This document shows positions 49,801 through 57,541 of a stretch of DNA of 64,000 nt, one piece after another; position 1 is the first letter of the stretch, and every line of letters starts with the position of its first letter. Under the pieces are notes generated by a model that made no database searches, had not been told where the DNA came from, and was given only the letters and a program-made list of their open reading frames with translations. A program made the position numbers and the translations under genes. The stretch is from Sphingobacteriales bacterium (lineage in GTDB: Bacteria > Bacteroidota > Bacteroidia > Chitinophagales > CAIOSU01), in assembly GCA_027486795.1 (NCBI GenBank), contig JAIXOI010000012.1:2425-66424 (forward strand). The letters are read 5' to 3'.

Positions 49801-50227
49801 TTAACGGTGCATCGCCAGGCACGCTAATATCGGTAAAGCTAATAGGAGCCGGAATACAGCCAGATGTTCTATTAGCGACAAACTTCGCATCAGGGTTTCT
49901 AAAAACGGTAATCAACTGAGTTTTCACCACTGTATCAATACCGCCAAGGCCCGAAGCAATAAGCCTAACGGTATAAGTTCCAGGGTTTAGATATATAGCA
50001 GAAGGGTTTTGTTGTATCGAGCCATTGGTGTTACCAAAATCCCAGCGCCAATTGGTTGGGTTTCCGGTGCTTTGGTCGGTAAAAATAACCACCAACGGGC
50101 TACAGCCCGATGTATTGCTTGTGCTAAACTGTGCCGCTATTTGTGCGCTCAGCCCTAGGCTAAGTGCCATGAGTACTGCAATACTGGCGATTTTTTGTAG
50201 TAAACCTTTCATCTTCCTTCGTTTCAC
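40811..50227 (-). CDS. giant cell-surface adhesin-like protein: signal peptide, ~17 PKD domains, ~30 Cys-containing Ig-like modules, T9SS type-B (gliding-motility-associated) C-terminal domain
   Basis: 3138-aa ORF. The PKD signature W.FGDG.TST.QNPSHTY..G.YTV.L recurs about every 88 aa. The modules read C.G.S..L.A.GG..Y.W.P...LS......P.A.P..TTTY.V.VTD.NGC. The C-terminus VPNSFSPNNDKSNDVLYV...FDRWGNLVF...GWNGTY... is type-B CTD-like. Confidence 0.9.
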   Translation of the reverse strand: MKRRKMKGLLQKIASIAVLMALSLGLSAQIAAQFSTSNTSGCSPLVVIFTDQSTGNPTNWRWDFGNTNGSIQQNPSAIYLNPGTYTVRLIASGLGGIDTVVKTQLITVFRNPDAKFVANRTSGCIPAPISFTDISVPGDAPLTSWIWDFGDGSTSTQQNPSHTYTTPGTYTVTLLARDANGCKHEFTRTSYITIMPKPTVAFTGTPTNGCNIPHTVNFNNTTTGGSGFTYAWSFGDGSTSTQQNPSHTYNAGGNFTVRLIATNSAGCSDTLTRNNYVSINNIVANFSVNRTNPCVGQNVTYTSNSPGAVWWRWTFGDGNTSTSENPVRSYSAPGLYTVTLIVRNSNGCYDTLTRTNFIDVRPRPVTNFTATPTAGCEVPFTVQFNNTTVDGNTYFWEFGDGTTSTAQNPSHTYTSPGTYTVRLVATSINGCTHSRTRTDYITVQLPTVAFTANVREGCIPLAVQFTDQSSANNGIVGWSWNFGDGSTSTLRNPSHTYTTVGRFDVTLTITTASGCTRTITYPQYIRAGEQPTVEFTATPRQTCLFFPVSFTDLSTPADFWFWQFGDGGTSFDQNPVYQYGDTGLFTVTLIVGVNGCYDTLVKPDYIRIFPPRASFNTLYSCSDPYSVNFTNTSLGGHVWLWKFGTGDTAITRDASYTYPTRGDYTVTLIVWDTIGGCLDSSQALVQIREPIAAFTANDTIGCVNLPVTFTNNATDAFSYQWDFGNGQTSTDPNPSVLYQTPGVYTVRLIVRDIHNCPDTFIRPNYITALGAFANFDADTLTGCTPLNVQYQDLSTSFMGNVVAWNWDLGAGQTSTQQNPSASYTVPGNYTISLTVTDNNGCSNTLSRVNFIVPTYPTPAFYSDDTLVCLGGPVQFTNTSVGSGMTYAWTFGDGTTSTATNPTHTFADTGRYTITLQVFDINGCDSTTVRNQYIHVVQPTAQFVTDTLGANCPPLLVNFANQSSADVTSWLYNFGNGSTSTLENPTHIYTTPGVYYPTLTITNSIGCTATYNLPDSIVVGGPTGSFIYNQITFCAPFEVEFYAQGTNPAVTHIWDFGDGSVSVDDDTTTHYYATPGTFNPQLILDDNMGCVISLPTISPIFAAIVNANFVSDVTYMCRPGVANFTDLSSGVPGIVAWHWDFGDGDTSNAQNPSHYYAATGSYDVTLIATNAVGCSDTLFRPGYIRVMDDPTALFTVNTQNACFPATINFTNQSTADTTISSILWVFDDGTTSTLQNPSRNYANPGTYNVQLMITTIMGCKDTFAMPITLSVPPAAAAGLDLAICIGQSETLSGSGGVTYQWSPATGLSATNIANPVASPTVTTNYVLLVTDANGCQDRDTVTVTVNPLPTPTATGGTICESGSAQLNASGGVSYAWNNGATLSNSAIRNPQATPTATTTYVVTVTDANGCVNTAQAVVSVNPLPTVTTSPNATICIGESSTLSATGGVTYLWLPAATLSNANIAGPVATPTVTTTYNVTVTDANGCINYGSTAITVNPLPVVATSPPAAICIGQSSQLTATGGVSYAWSNGASLSNASIANPIASPTVTTTYNVTVTDANGCINTGSTTITVNPLPTPTATGGTICINGSTQLNANGGVSYAWNNAATLSNIAIRNPQATPTATTTYIVTVTDANGCVNTAQAVVNVNPLPTVTTSPNATICIGESSTLSATGGVTYLWSPAATLSNANIAGPVATPTVTTTYNVTVTDANGCINYGSTTITVNPLPVVVTSPPAAICIGQSSQLTATGGVSYAWSNGASLSNASIANPIASPTVTTTYSVTVTDANGCINTGSTTITVNPLPTPTATGGTICINGSTQLNASGGVSYAWNNGATLSNSAIRNPQATPIATTTYIVTVTDANGCVNTAQAVVNVNPLPTVTTSPNATICIGESSTLSATGGVTYLWSPAVTLSNANIAGPVATPTVTTTYNVTVTDANGCINYGSTTITVNPLPVVATSPPAAICIGQSSQLTATGGVSYAWSNGASLSNANIANPIASPTATTTYSVTVTDANGCINTGSTTITVNPLPIVTIHPDTLLCLGERVQLFAAGGAGYSWGPAAGLNCLNCPNPIATPTVNTTYTAVVTNIFGCVDSAQVRVNLNTVDARFSTSDTTACAPTTIQFNDLSVADSTIVAWGWIFGDGATSFAQSPSHTYTVAGVYTVQLQVTTSTGCIDTTSLVITINALPAVAAGPDRTICINDTTTLLGTGGLVYQWSPAGSLSDATVASPQAFPTNTTTYGLTVTDANGCQGTSQVIVNVNPLPVVTTTPSQELCDGDVLQLNATGGVGYLWTPASGLSCNTCPDPIANPFSPTNLVHTYTVQVTDTNGCINTGSTTITRLLLPGITTNPDTTICFGNAVEISGGSMQPFTYLWQPSAGLACDTCSTTIATPDSTTTYTLTATGVNGCPRSEEVTITVNPLPMVITSPDTTICHSQTVELTASGGVDYVWTPTQGITCGNACNMVVAAPDSSVTYTVMVTDANGCQSSAEIDIVVHQLEAMFTLSDSSACTPQHITLTDQSSGDNPIVSWLWNLDDGGLANTQNTTVTYSTPGRRAIVLLIQDSYGCMDTAMQVVDMLPSPVAIGGPDTTICFGQVAQLQGFGGQIFVWSGDQYISDPNIANPTVKPTTTTDYFLRTEFLNGCTAFDTVKVTVNALPIPAINGDTVACFGDSLRFTATGGSDYVWTPTTYLTTSTLPNTTAYAAQDITYTVLVTDTNGCAAVDSIVLKVNPVPAITVSPNVDICLGESANLQVSGAIDYAWGPNQDISCLDCTNPTATPTESITYLVVGYNEFGCSTLDTVRVNVRPLPTVQTIEDVTMCNSETLELTTIATGATGFNWTANGQPDATIQSPIIAPTISTTYIVEAYNQYGCNDFDTVNVKVIETILAAVSDGAVICDGQNVNLSIDILETGLSGYTITWLPESMFNNPNRLSQTFFPGESMTVQVAINSDGCAADTQSINIVVNSLPTVDLGPNRTVLMGEYVTLNANTTGNIAEYYWSPNDSLDCSDCGNISFNAWGSNTYNVFVTDVNGCTAEDDLSVKVLTTCEQDIFVPNSFSPNNDKSNDVLYVRSHSFEQIKVFRIFDRWGNLVFETSDIEQGWNGTYHNSMVDPGVFVYYLEGTCPNGGDVFLKGNVTVLR
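44142..46184. repeat. three tandem, near-identical 681-bp (227-codon) units inside the giant adhesin gene
   Basis: Landmarks recur at exactly +681. The string tactgttggcaatgggttt occurs at 44591, 45272 and 45953. The string ggcaaMgggtttacggtaatgg occurs at 44142 and 44823, with a diverged version at 45504. Identity by eye is roughly 90 percent or better. Each unit encodes three Ig-like modules. Confidence 0.9.
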
Positions 50228-50679
50228 GATGGCATAATGCCACTGCGTTAATAATCTTGTACGAGTAGATTGATAGCAGGTTTCAGTGTTTTCACGTACT
50301 TTACTTCCGAAAAGTAGGCTGTTTAGTCATTTACGCATTAAATAACCCATCTATACAACTAACCCCCTAGCCCAAAACGTAATAAATACAATGCTTTCAG
50401 AGTAAAAATTAGCGCAAGTACAGTTTTTTAGACGCGTATAAAAGGGTAAACAAGTACCAGTCAAATTTATTTTATAATAATATTACCATGTCGCCGCAAA
50501 TGGTCTTGCATTCATGGGTGTTGGGCTTTTGCTTGGACTTAACATGCTTTTGCCAGATGCATGCTACCATGCACTATTGGCCAATAGTTTTTCCACATTT
50601 TATCGCCCGCAACACGCTATGGCTTTGTTAATTTTTTATTAACTTTAAATCTATCTTTTTGCACACAAAATAACTGGCC

Positions 50680-51693
50680 TTGCGGAACGTTTACCTCCTC
50701 CTATTTTCGCTGTTACTACCCCTGTGTATTGCTGCGCAAGACATTCACTTTTCGCAGTTTTATGCTTCGCCCTTAACCCTTAATCCGGCATTTGGCGGGT
50801 TCTCTCAAGGCGACTATCGGGTAGCGGGTATTTACCGCAATCAATGGGCAACCGTAACCGCTCCATTTGTTACTATAGCTGCATCCTACGATATGCGCTT
50901 ATTAAAAAACAAACTCAAAAAAGACGTTTTCGGAGCGGGTGTTTTACTAACCAGTGACCGCTCTGCTGGCGGCATCGTAAGCCATTTTTCGGGCATGCTT
51001 TCGGCATCTTACCATAAGCTACTAAGCAAAAAAGGAAACCACTATCTTGGCCTTGGGGTGCAAATGGGTTATGTGCAGCGCCAGCTCAAAACAGATGGCC
51101 TTACACTGCCTTCGCAATACAACGGAACCGATTTTGACCCCAATATAGCCAGTGGCGAAAATTTCGGTAAAACCAACTTGGGCTATTTCGACATGAATGC
51201 GGGTATTTTGTGGAGCGCAACCCCGCACAAAAAAATTGGTGTATTTCAAGGAGTAAGTCTTTTTCACCTTACCCAGCCCAAAGAGAGTTTCTTAAACGAC
51301 GACGTGCGCCTCAAAATGCGCTTTGCTGTCCATGGTGGCTTGCGCATTCAGTTGCATAAACGTTGGTACCTTACCCCCAATTATATAATAATGGCGCAAA
51401 ACAAAGCCCGTGAAATAAACATAGGCACTGCAGTTGAGTACCATTTAGGAGCCATAAACGCCCCAGTAATACTTAGCTTGGGTGGTTGGTGGCGCACCGG
51501 CGATGCAGGTATTATATCGCTGGGTGCCGAAATGAAGGGCATTAAACTAGGCCTTGCATACGATATTACCACTTCAGGACTTAAAGCAGTGCCAAACCCA
51601 ACTGGCAGCTTTGAAATTGCCCTGATTTACACTGGCAAAATGGGCGGTTCGTCCGACCCAGGACCTGTACTTGTACCTTGCCCTAGGCTATAA
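50680..51693 (+). CDS. type IX secretion system membrane protein, PorP/SprF family
   Basis: 337-aa ORF (TTG start in the track) with a signal peptide, then AQDIHFSQFYASPLTLNPAFGG, the hallmark N-terminus of this family. The rest is beta-barrel-like. Confidence 0.85.
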   Translation: MRNVYLLLFSLLLPLCIAAQDIHFSQFYASPLTLNPAFGGFSQGDYRVAGIYRNQWATVTAPFVTIAASYDMRLLKNKLKKDVFGAGVLLTSDRSAGGIVSHFSGMLSASYHKLLSKKGNHYLGLGVQMGYVQRQLKTDGLTLPSQYNGTDFDPNIASGENFGKTNLGYFDMNAGILWSATPHKKIGVFQGVSLFHLTQPKESFLNDDVRLKMRFAVHGGLRIQLHKRWYLTPNYIIMAQNKAREINIGTAVEYHLGAINAPVILSLGGWWRTGDAGIISLGAEMKGIKLGLAYDITTSGLKAVPNPTGSFEIALIYTGKMGGSSDPGPVLVPCPRL

Positions 51694-51714
51694 CCACTAA
51701 AGCGTAACCAAAGC

Positions 51715-53766
51715 GTGTTGAAACAACTAACCACCATACTATTTCTCCTGCTATTTGCAGCAAATGCCATGCTAGCGCAAGATAGCACGGCTACGCCCAA
51801 AAAGCCCGCCAAGTTTAAGTACAAGAAAAGCTTGAAAATTGCCGACAAACGATTGGATGCCGGTAACCTTTATGGTGCCTACGAAATGTATGAAACCATA
51901 CTGGAGAAAAAGCCGGAATCGTATGCCGTGGCTTGGAAACTGGCCAACGTTTACTACCAAGCGCGAGACTATAAAAAGGCCGAGCAATGGTTTACTTACT
52001 TGGTTGAAAACAAAGCCGACGAGTACCCTCAGGCGGAATATTGGCAGGCTATGATGATGAAAATGAACGGCAAGTATTTTGATGCCATGCCCAAGTTTCA
52101 GGCAATAAGCAAAAAATACGGCGGCGAAGATGCTACCACTGTGAAACGCTGGGCCAAAATAGATGCCGAAGGCTGCGAACTGGCCCTAAAAAGCATGGAC
52201 AACCCAGAGCATATAAACATTACGCACCTTGGCCCGGGCGTAAACTCACCCTACTCCGATATCTCGCCCGTAATGTGGGATGATAATACGCTGCTGTTTG
52301 CTACCTTGCCCACCGATACCGTAATTATTAAAGCTGACGATGGCGCCCACATGATAAAGCTATACCAAGCCAAAATAACTGGTAATGGTTACGATGAACC
52401 GGTGCCTTTCGATAAATTCAACATTGCCGGGGCGCATGTGGCTAATGGCGCTTTTTCGCCTGATAAAAAGCGCTTTTACTTCACCATTTGCAAAGAGGTA
52501 ACCGTTGCGGTAATAAACTGTGCTATTTACCTCAGCGAGTTTAAGGACGGCGCTTGGACCGAGCCAATTGACCTCGGCCCAGAAATAAACCTTTCCGGCT
52601 ATACCAACACCCATCCATCGGTAGGGACCTATAAGGTTGAAGGCGATATACTTTACTTTACCAGCAACCGCCCCAGTGGCCGCGGTGGTAAAGATATTTG
52701 GTACTCGGTTATTAGCAAAAACGGCAAATATAGCGCCCCTAAAAATGCAGGCGGCAAAATAAACACTGACCGCGACGAAGCCACTCCAAACTACGACCCA
52801 AGCACTGGAACGCTGTACTTTAGCTCTACCGGTCATGCTGGTTTTGGTGGTTACGACATTTTCTCTTCAACTGGCGGCACCAGCCGTTGGGAAGAACCGG
52901 TGAACGTGGGCTACCCTGTAAACTCGCAAACTGACGATATGTACTATCGCTTTTTGCCTAATAGCCGCAAAGGTTATTTTGTGAGCAATCGCCCAGGAGT
53001 AATTGCCCTAAAAAGCGAAACCTGCTGCGACGATATTTTCACTTTTGAACCATACAACGTGCTCAATATTGGGGTAAACGGATTTGTGCTTGATGAAGCC
53101 AACCCTAGCACGCCACTTAATGGTGCCAAGGTTTCATTGTTCTTGTCAGGTTACAAAGGGCTTGACCAAGATATTTTGGTGAGCGAATTTACCTTAGCAG
53201 ACAATAAACCTTATTTTTTTACACTGAATGCCGATGCAAACTACAAGCTCGTTGGTAGCATGGACGGGTACTTGAAAGGCTCTACCACAGTGAGTACCAT
53301 GGGCATTACCCAATCGGATACTTTAACCGCCGACATTTTGTTGAAACGCCTAATTAAGGACAAGAGCTACAGCTTGCGGAACATCTACTACGATTACGAC
53401 AAATCCGACATTCGCGAAGAGTCTAAACCCAATTTAGACTCCTTATATCAAATATTGATGGAGAACCCCGGTATCACTATTGAGTTAAGCTCGCATACCG
53501 ACTCGCGTGGCTCAGAAACATATAACCAAACCTTGTCTCAAAAACGTGCCGAAAGTTGCGTAAATTACTTGATTAGCAAGGGAATAGCAAAGGATAGAAT
53601 GGTAGCTAAAGGCTATGGCGAAAGCAAACCATTGGAAAATTGTACCGGCCTAGATGGATGCAGCAACGAATCGAACAGCGATGATTGCCCATGCCACCAA
53701 AAAAACCGCCGTACCGAGTTTAAAATACTGAGCGATAAGCCTATTGAGGTAAACTATGAAGAGTGA
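51715..53766 (+). CDS. OmpA-family protein with an N-terminal TPR region, TolB/PD40-like repeats and a C-terminal OmpA peptidoglycan-binding domain
   Basis: 683-aa ORF (GTG start in the track). The C-terminus reads ...ELSSHTDSRGSETYNQTLSQKRAESCVNYL...GYGESKP...NRRTEFKI. Confidence 0.85.
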   Translation: MLKQLTTILFLLLFAANAMLAQDSTATPKKPAKFKYKKSLKIADKRLDAGNLYGAYEMYETILEKKPESYAVAWKLANVYYQARDYKKAEQWFTYLVENKADEYPQAEYWQAMMMKMNGKYFDAMPKFQAISKKYGGEDATTVKRWAKIDAEGCELALKSMDNPEHINITHLGPGVNSPYSDISPVMWDDNTLLFATLPTDTVIIKADDGAHMIKLYQAKITGNGYDEPVPFDKFNIAGAHVANGAFSPDKKRFYFTICKEVTVAVINCAIYLSEFKDGAWTEPIDLGPEINLSGYTNTHPSVGTYKVEGDILYFTSNRPSGRGGKDIWYSVISKNGKYSAPKNAGGKINTDRDEATPNYDPSTGTLYFSSTGHAGFGGYDIFSSTGGTSRWEEPVNVGYPVNSQTDDMYYRFLPNSRKGYFVSNRPGVIALKSETCCDDIFTFEPYNVLNIGVNGFVLDEANPSTPLNGAKVSLFLSGYKGLDQDILVSEFTLADNKPYFFTLNADANYKLVGSMDGYLKGSTTVSTMGITQSDTLTADILLKRLIKDKSYSLRNIYYDYDKSDIREESKPNLDSLYQILMENPGITIELSSHTDSRGSETYNQTLSQKRAESCVNYLISKGIAKDRMVAKGYGESKPLENCTGLDGCSNESNSDDCPCHQKNRRTEFKILSDKPIEVNYEE

Positions 53767-53834
53767 GGCTGGTTAATTGGCTAATAATCAGGAAGTACAG
53801 ATTACAAATGCAGTACAATAAATAAAAACAGGAG

Positions 53835-53882
53835 AACAGATAAACAGATAACTGATTAACTGATCAACCGATTAACTGATGA
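53835..53882. repeat. octamer tract AACAGATA AACAGATA ACTGATTA ACTGATCA ACCGATTA ACTGATGA
   Basis: Read directly. It runs into the first possible start codon (53879) of the 1220-aa gene. Confidence 0.75.
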
Positions 53883-56800
53883 ATCAAATGCTACATAAAC
53901 TCCTCCCCTCACTGCTAGTAGCCCTCATGCTATCGGCCACTCCTCTATTGGCGCAGCAGCAAATACAATTGTATGTTGAGGACTTTGAAGGCACTACTTC
54001 GAGCTTTTTGCTCAACGATACTAGTGCCATTACCACCAACAGTGGCTCCAATAAATGGATAGTAAACAACCAATACAACGGTGCGCCTACCTACCCCAAC
54101 ACCATCAGCCAGGATAGCACCAACTTTGGTACTATCTTCAACGCGCCCAACAGCAAATACCTGCATATACACGACTCTATTAATGCCGTGGGTGGTGGTG
54201 CCGCCAATTGCAACTTTAACCCTACCGCGGCCTCCGATCGGTTTTCGCACCTCGCCAATGGCTTTTGCACACTGGGCATGCAAGATGTAAAAGTGGTGTT
54301 CTTTTATATAGCTGAGGCCGATAGCATAAACGTACCACCTAATGCTTACGGCGAATTAGTGTATAGCATTGACGGCGGTGCTTGGGTATCAACGGGCACC
54401 CAATATTACGGCCAGAAACGTTGGACGTATGAGCAAGTAACTAACCCGGCATTTGACAATGTAGCAAACTTGCGCCTCGGTTTTAGGTGGGTAAACAATG
54501 GTACTGCTCAAGCCAATACTTCATCCTTTGGTATTGACGATATACAAGTGGTAGGTACTTATGATGACGTAAACAACCCTATCACCATTTCGGCAATAGA
54601 CCTTTTTCCTAACCCGATTTGCCAATTGAACAATCTATTTATTCAATGGGAGCTTTCGGCACCGCTGTGCAATGGTGTTTATCGCATTCAGTTATCCAAT
54701 GCCAGTGGCAACTTCAACAACCCAACTGACTTGGGCGTATTTAACATTGCCCAAGCAACCACCGGTTTTATTGCTGCCACCATCCCCGGCAATATTGCCC
54801 CAGGCGCTTGCTATCGCATCCGCATAAGCAGGGTATCGCCTGCACCGGCCATTTCAGGAGTGGTGAGTGCTTGTTTTGTTATTCAAAACTGCCCCAACAT
54901 TATCAACACTTTATCGGCCGCGGTAACCACCGACCCCGATACCGTTTGCTCGCGAAGCGCTATTGACATCAAATTTACCTCAACAGGCGTGTTTGCGGCC
55001 AACAATACTTATATAGCAGAGCTTTCCGATTCTAACGGCAACTTTACCACTCCTCAATTTTTAGGCTCATTGCCAAGTTCGCAAACCTTCGACCCGGCCT
55101 TGGGCTCACCTCCTGGAAGTGTATCGGGCTTAATACCCGCTACGCCGGCTGGTTGTAATTATTTTATCCGCATACGGTCTACCAACCCAGCCACGCAAGG
55201 CACCGTTTTTGGGCCTTTCTGTATTAAGCAATGCGATATGGAAACCAACGAAACGCTAGACATGGCTTTTTGTATATCGGAGACAGCAGGCGTTGATACC
55301 ATCATAACCGTTGATATAAACTACTGGGACAGCATTGCACAATACGCAAACGGCAACCTGTTTCAGTTGCAATTGCTGGACATGAATAGCCTAGCTATAG
55401 TAAATACGGGAGCACTTGCAGCCGAATTTGATACCGTAAGCAACACCATGACCTTGACCATACCTGGGCTGAACATACTCACCACCTTTGGCATAGCCCC
55501 AGGCGCCTACTATGCCCGCATTATTTCTGATAGCTCGTCGGTAGTTACCAACCAAAACGGCACTATCATCCGTATTACCATTGGTGCACCAAGCAGTGTG
55601 CCGCCGATGATTATCGGGCCCGACTCGGTAATATGCGATGCGGGTGTGCAAGCATTTGTTATTGACCCATACAATCCCGATTCGGATTACGAATGGGCAT
55701 CGAACGGATTGAATAACGGCAATGCCTTTATCTGGCCTGGTAATACCTTGTTGGTTGACTGGACGGGAGCACAAATAAACAACTACACCTTTTATGTAAG
55801 AGAGATAAATTATGGCTGTTATGGCCCGTTCTCTGATGCTTATCAACTGGATGTAATTAGTACGCCAACGGGTAATATATCGGGCCCCGATGTGGTATGC
55901 CTTGGCGACACGGCCGTATTTAATGTACCATTCATTAAAGCCACCTTTTACGAATGGGAAGCCAATTTTGGTAGGATTGTAGATACATCGAACAACGAGA
56001 TTTTAGTGGTATTCGATTCCGTAGGAACGGCAACGCTAAGCAACTTTGCGCTAAACAAATGTGGCGGCAATACCGTAAGCTTTAACGTTGAAGTAGTTTC
56101 TTTGTTAGAAGTGGTGTTGGCCGACGATACCACCGTTTGTGCTGGCCAGCCAGTAAGGCTTACTGCCCAAATAGACCCATCGCCTAGGGAATTAGAAACA
56201 ACGTTCAACGCCACATCAAACACTAAGGGTTTCATGTTTGATGTAACATCTATAACCGAAGTAACCATAGATTCCATATCAGTAGGTGCATCTTTGAGCA
56301 ATACGCCATTGGACGTGAGCATATACTTACGCAACGGATCATATCAAGGCCATGAAACTACTGCTGCCGATTGGCTTTTCTGGGGCTCTACCATCGTTCA
56401 AAACCCAACTCCTGGCAATTTTGGTACCATCATCCCGATACAGATATTCCAATCGCTGCCAGCTGGCGATACGTTGGGCATATATGTACATGTAAACAAT
56501 GGCAACAACGTGCGTTTTCGTCCGGCCACTGGTTTTGGCAACCCGATTAGTACCGATGGGTTGATAAACCTGCACCCATGCGCCGTAATGGGTGGCTTGT
56601 TTACGGCTCCATTGCAGCCTAGGGTATGGGCAGGCAGCGTGTTCTACTCCACTACTTCGGGCCTGGGCTATAGCTGGAGCAACGGCGACACCACCCAATC
56701 TACCGTCTATTACCCTACCCAAAGCGAAACCGTGGAGGTAATAGTAAGTAACCCCACAGGCTGCGGCAATACAGGCAAAGTAAATCTCGGAATACTGCCC

Positions 56801-57541
56801 AGCCCAACTATTGATGCAGGCGATGATGCCGATGTTTGCCTTGGTGAGGTGGTTAATATACAAGCCACTACCAATGGTAGTAACATTACTTGGACCCCAA
56901 CTACTGGCCTGAACGACCCCGCTGCACTTACCCAAAGCATTAGGCCTAATGCCAACATCAATTACATTCTAGCATCGGAGAATTTAATTACTGGCTGCAA
57001 GGCGCAGGACACGCTAGCCATAACCGTGAGCATTGAGCAAACAGAGGAGGATACGGTTTTTATCTGTATCAATAAAGACTTGGTATTGCAACTACCCGAT
57101 GTAGCTGGCAGTAGCTATTTGTGGAGCACCGGCGAAACTACCCGCAGTATACAAGTAACCGAAACAGGTATTTACACGGCCCAATACACCCCTGGCGGCT
57201 TGGGTTGTGCTACCTTGTATGTGTTTAATGCAGAGAGCTTTGATTGCGAAAACACGATAAAAATACCAGCAGCCTTTACGCCTAACAATGATGGACTAAA
57301 CGACCACTTTACCATATTCGCCCAAAACCTATCCGATTATACCATTAAGATATATAACCGTTGGGGCGAGTTGGTGTACGAAAGCAGCGACCTAACCGAG
57401 CTTAATGACCTAAGCCGCGGCTGGGATGGCAGCTACAAAGGGGCGTTGCAAAACTTCGGTACGTTTGTATACTTCATCCAAGCCAAGGATGTGAATGGTT
57501 TACCTATTGAAAAACAAGGGCACTTAACGCTGATACGATAA
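53879..57541 (+). CDS. large secreted protein with a T9SS type-B (gliding-motility-associated) C-terminal domain
   Basis: 1220-aa ORF with a signal peptide. The C-terminus reads IPAAFTPNNDGLNDHFTIF...IYNRWGELVYES...GWDGSYKG...GTFVYFI. The start may be the ATG at 53888. Confidence 0.85.
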   Translation: MNQMLHKLLPSLLVALMLSATPLLAQQQIQLYVEDFEGTTSSFLLNDTSAITTNSGSNKWIVNNQYNGAPTYPNTISQDSTNFGTIFNAPNSKYLHIHDSINAVGGGAANCNFNPTAASDRFSHLANGFCTLGMQDVKVVFFYIAEADSINVPPNAYGELVYSIDGGAWVSTGTQYYGQKRWTYEQVTNPAFDNVANLRLGFRWVNNGTAQANTSSFGIDDIQVVGTYDDVNNPITISAIDLFPNPICQLNNLFIQWELSAPLCNGVYRIQLSNASGNFNNPTDLGVFNIAQATTGFIAATIPGNIAPGACYRIRISRVSPAPAISGVVSACFVIQNCPNIINTLSAAVTTDPDTVCSRSAIDIKFTSTGVFAANNTYIAELSDSNGNFTTPQFLGSLPSSQTFDPALGSPPGSVSGLIPATPAGCNYFIRIRSTNPATQGTVFGPFCIKQCDMETNETLDMAFCISETAGVDTIITVDINYWDSIAQYANGNLFQLQLLDMNSLAIVNTGALAAEFDTVSNTMTLTIPGLNILTTFGIAPGAYYARIISDSSSVVTNQNGTIIRITIGAPSSVPPMIIGPDSVICDAGVQAFVIDPYNPDSDYEWASNGLNNGNAFIWPGNTLLVDWTGAQINNYTFYVREINYGCYGPFSDAYQLDVISTPTGNISGPDVVCLGDTAVFNVPFIKATFYEWEANFGRIVDTSNNEILVVFDSVGTATLSNFALNKCGGNTVSFNVEVVSLLEVVLADDTTVCAGQPVRLTAQIDPSPRELETTFNATSNTKGFMFDVTSITEVTIDSISVGASLSNTPLDVSIYLRNGSYQGHETTAADWLFWGSTIVQNPTPGNFGTIIPIQIFQSLPAGDTLGIYVHVNNGNNVRFRPATGFGNPISTDGLINLHPCAVMGGLFTAPLQPRVWAGSVFYSTTSGLGYSWSNGDTTQSTVYYPTQSETVEVIVSNPTGCGNTGKVNLGILPSPTIDAGDDADVCLGEVVNIQATTNGSNITWTPTTGLNDPAALTQSIRPNANINYILASENLITGCKAQDTLAITVSIEQTEEDTVFICINKDLVLQLPDVAGSSYLWSTGETTRSIQVTETGIYTAQYTPGGLGCATLYVFNAESFDCENTIKIPAAFTPNNDGLNDHFTIFAQNLSDYTIKIYNRWGELVYESSDLTELNDLSRGWDGSYKGALQNFGTFVYFIQAKDVNGLPIEKQGHLTLIR

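Noticed and set aside
40811-50227. Giant adhesin as the substrate of the adjacent ABC/HlyD/TolC system
   Set aside because: The protein has an N-terminal Sec signal peptide and a T9SS type-B C-terminal domain. It has no C-terminal RTX or Gly-rich secretion signal, and it is convergently transcribed relative to the operon.
53620-53710. Cys-rich insertion (CTGLDGCSNESNSDDCPCHQK) just before the NRRTEF motif of the OmpA domain
   Set aside because: As far as I recall, a Cys-containing insert at this position is common in Bacteroidota OmpA-family proteins. I did not treat it as unusual.
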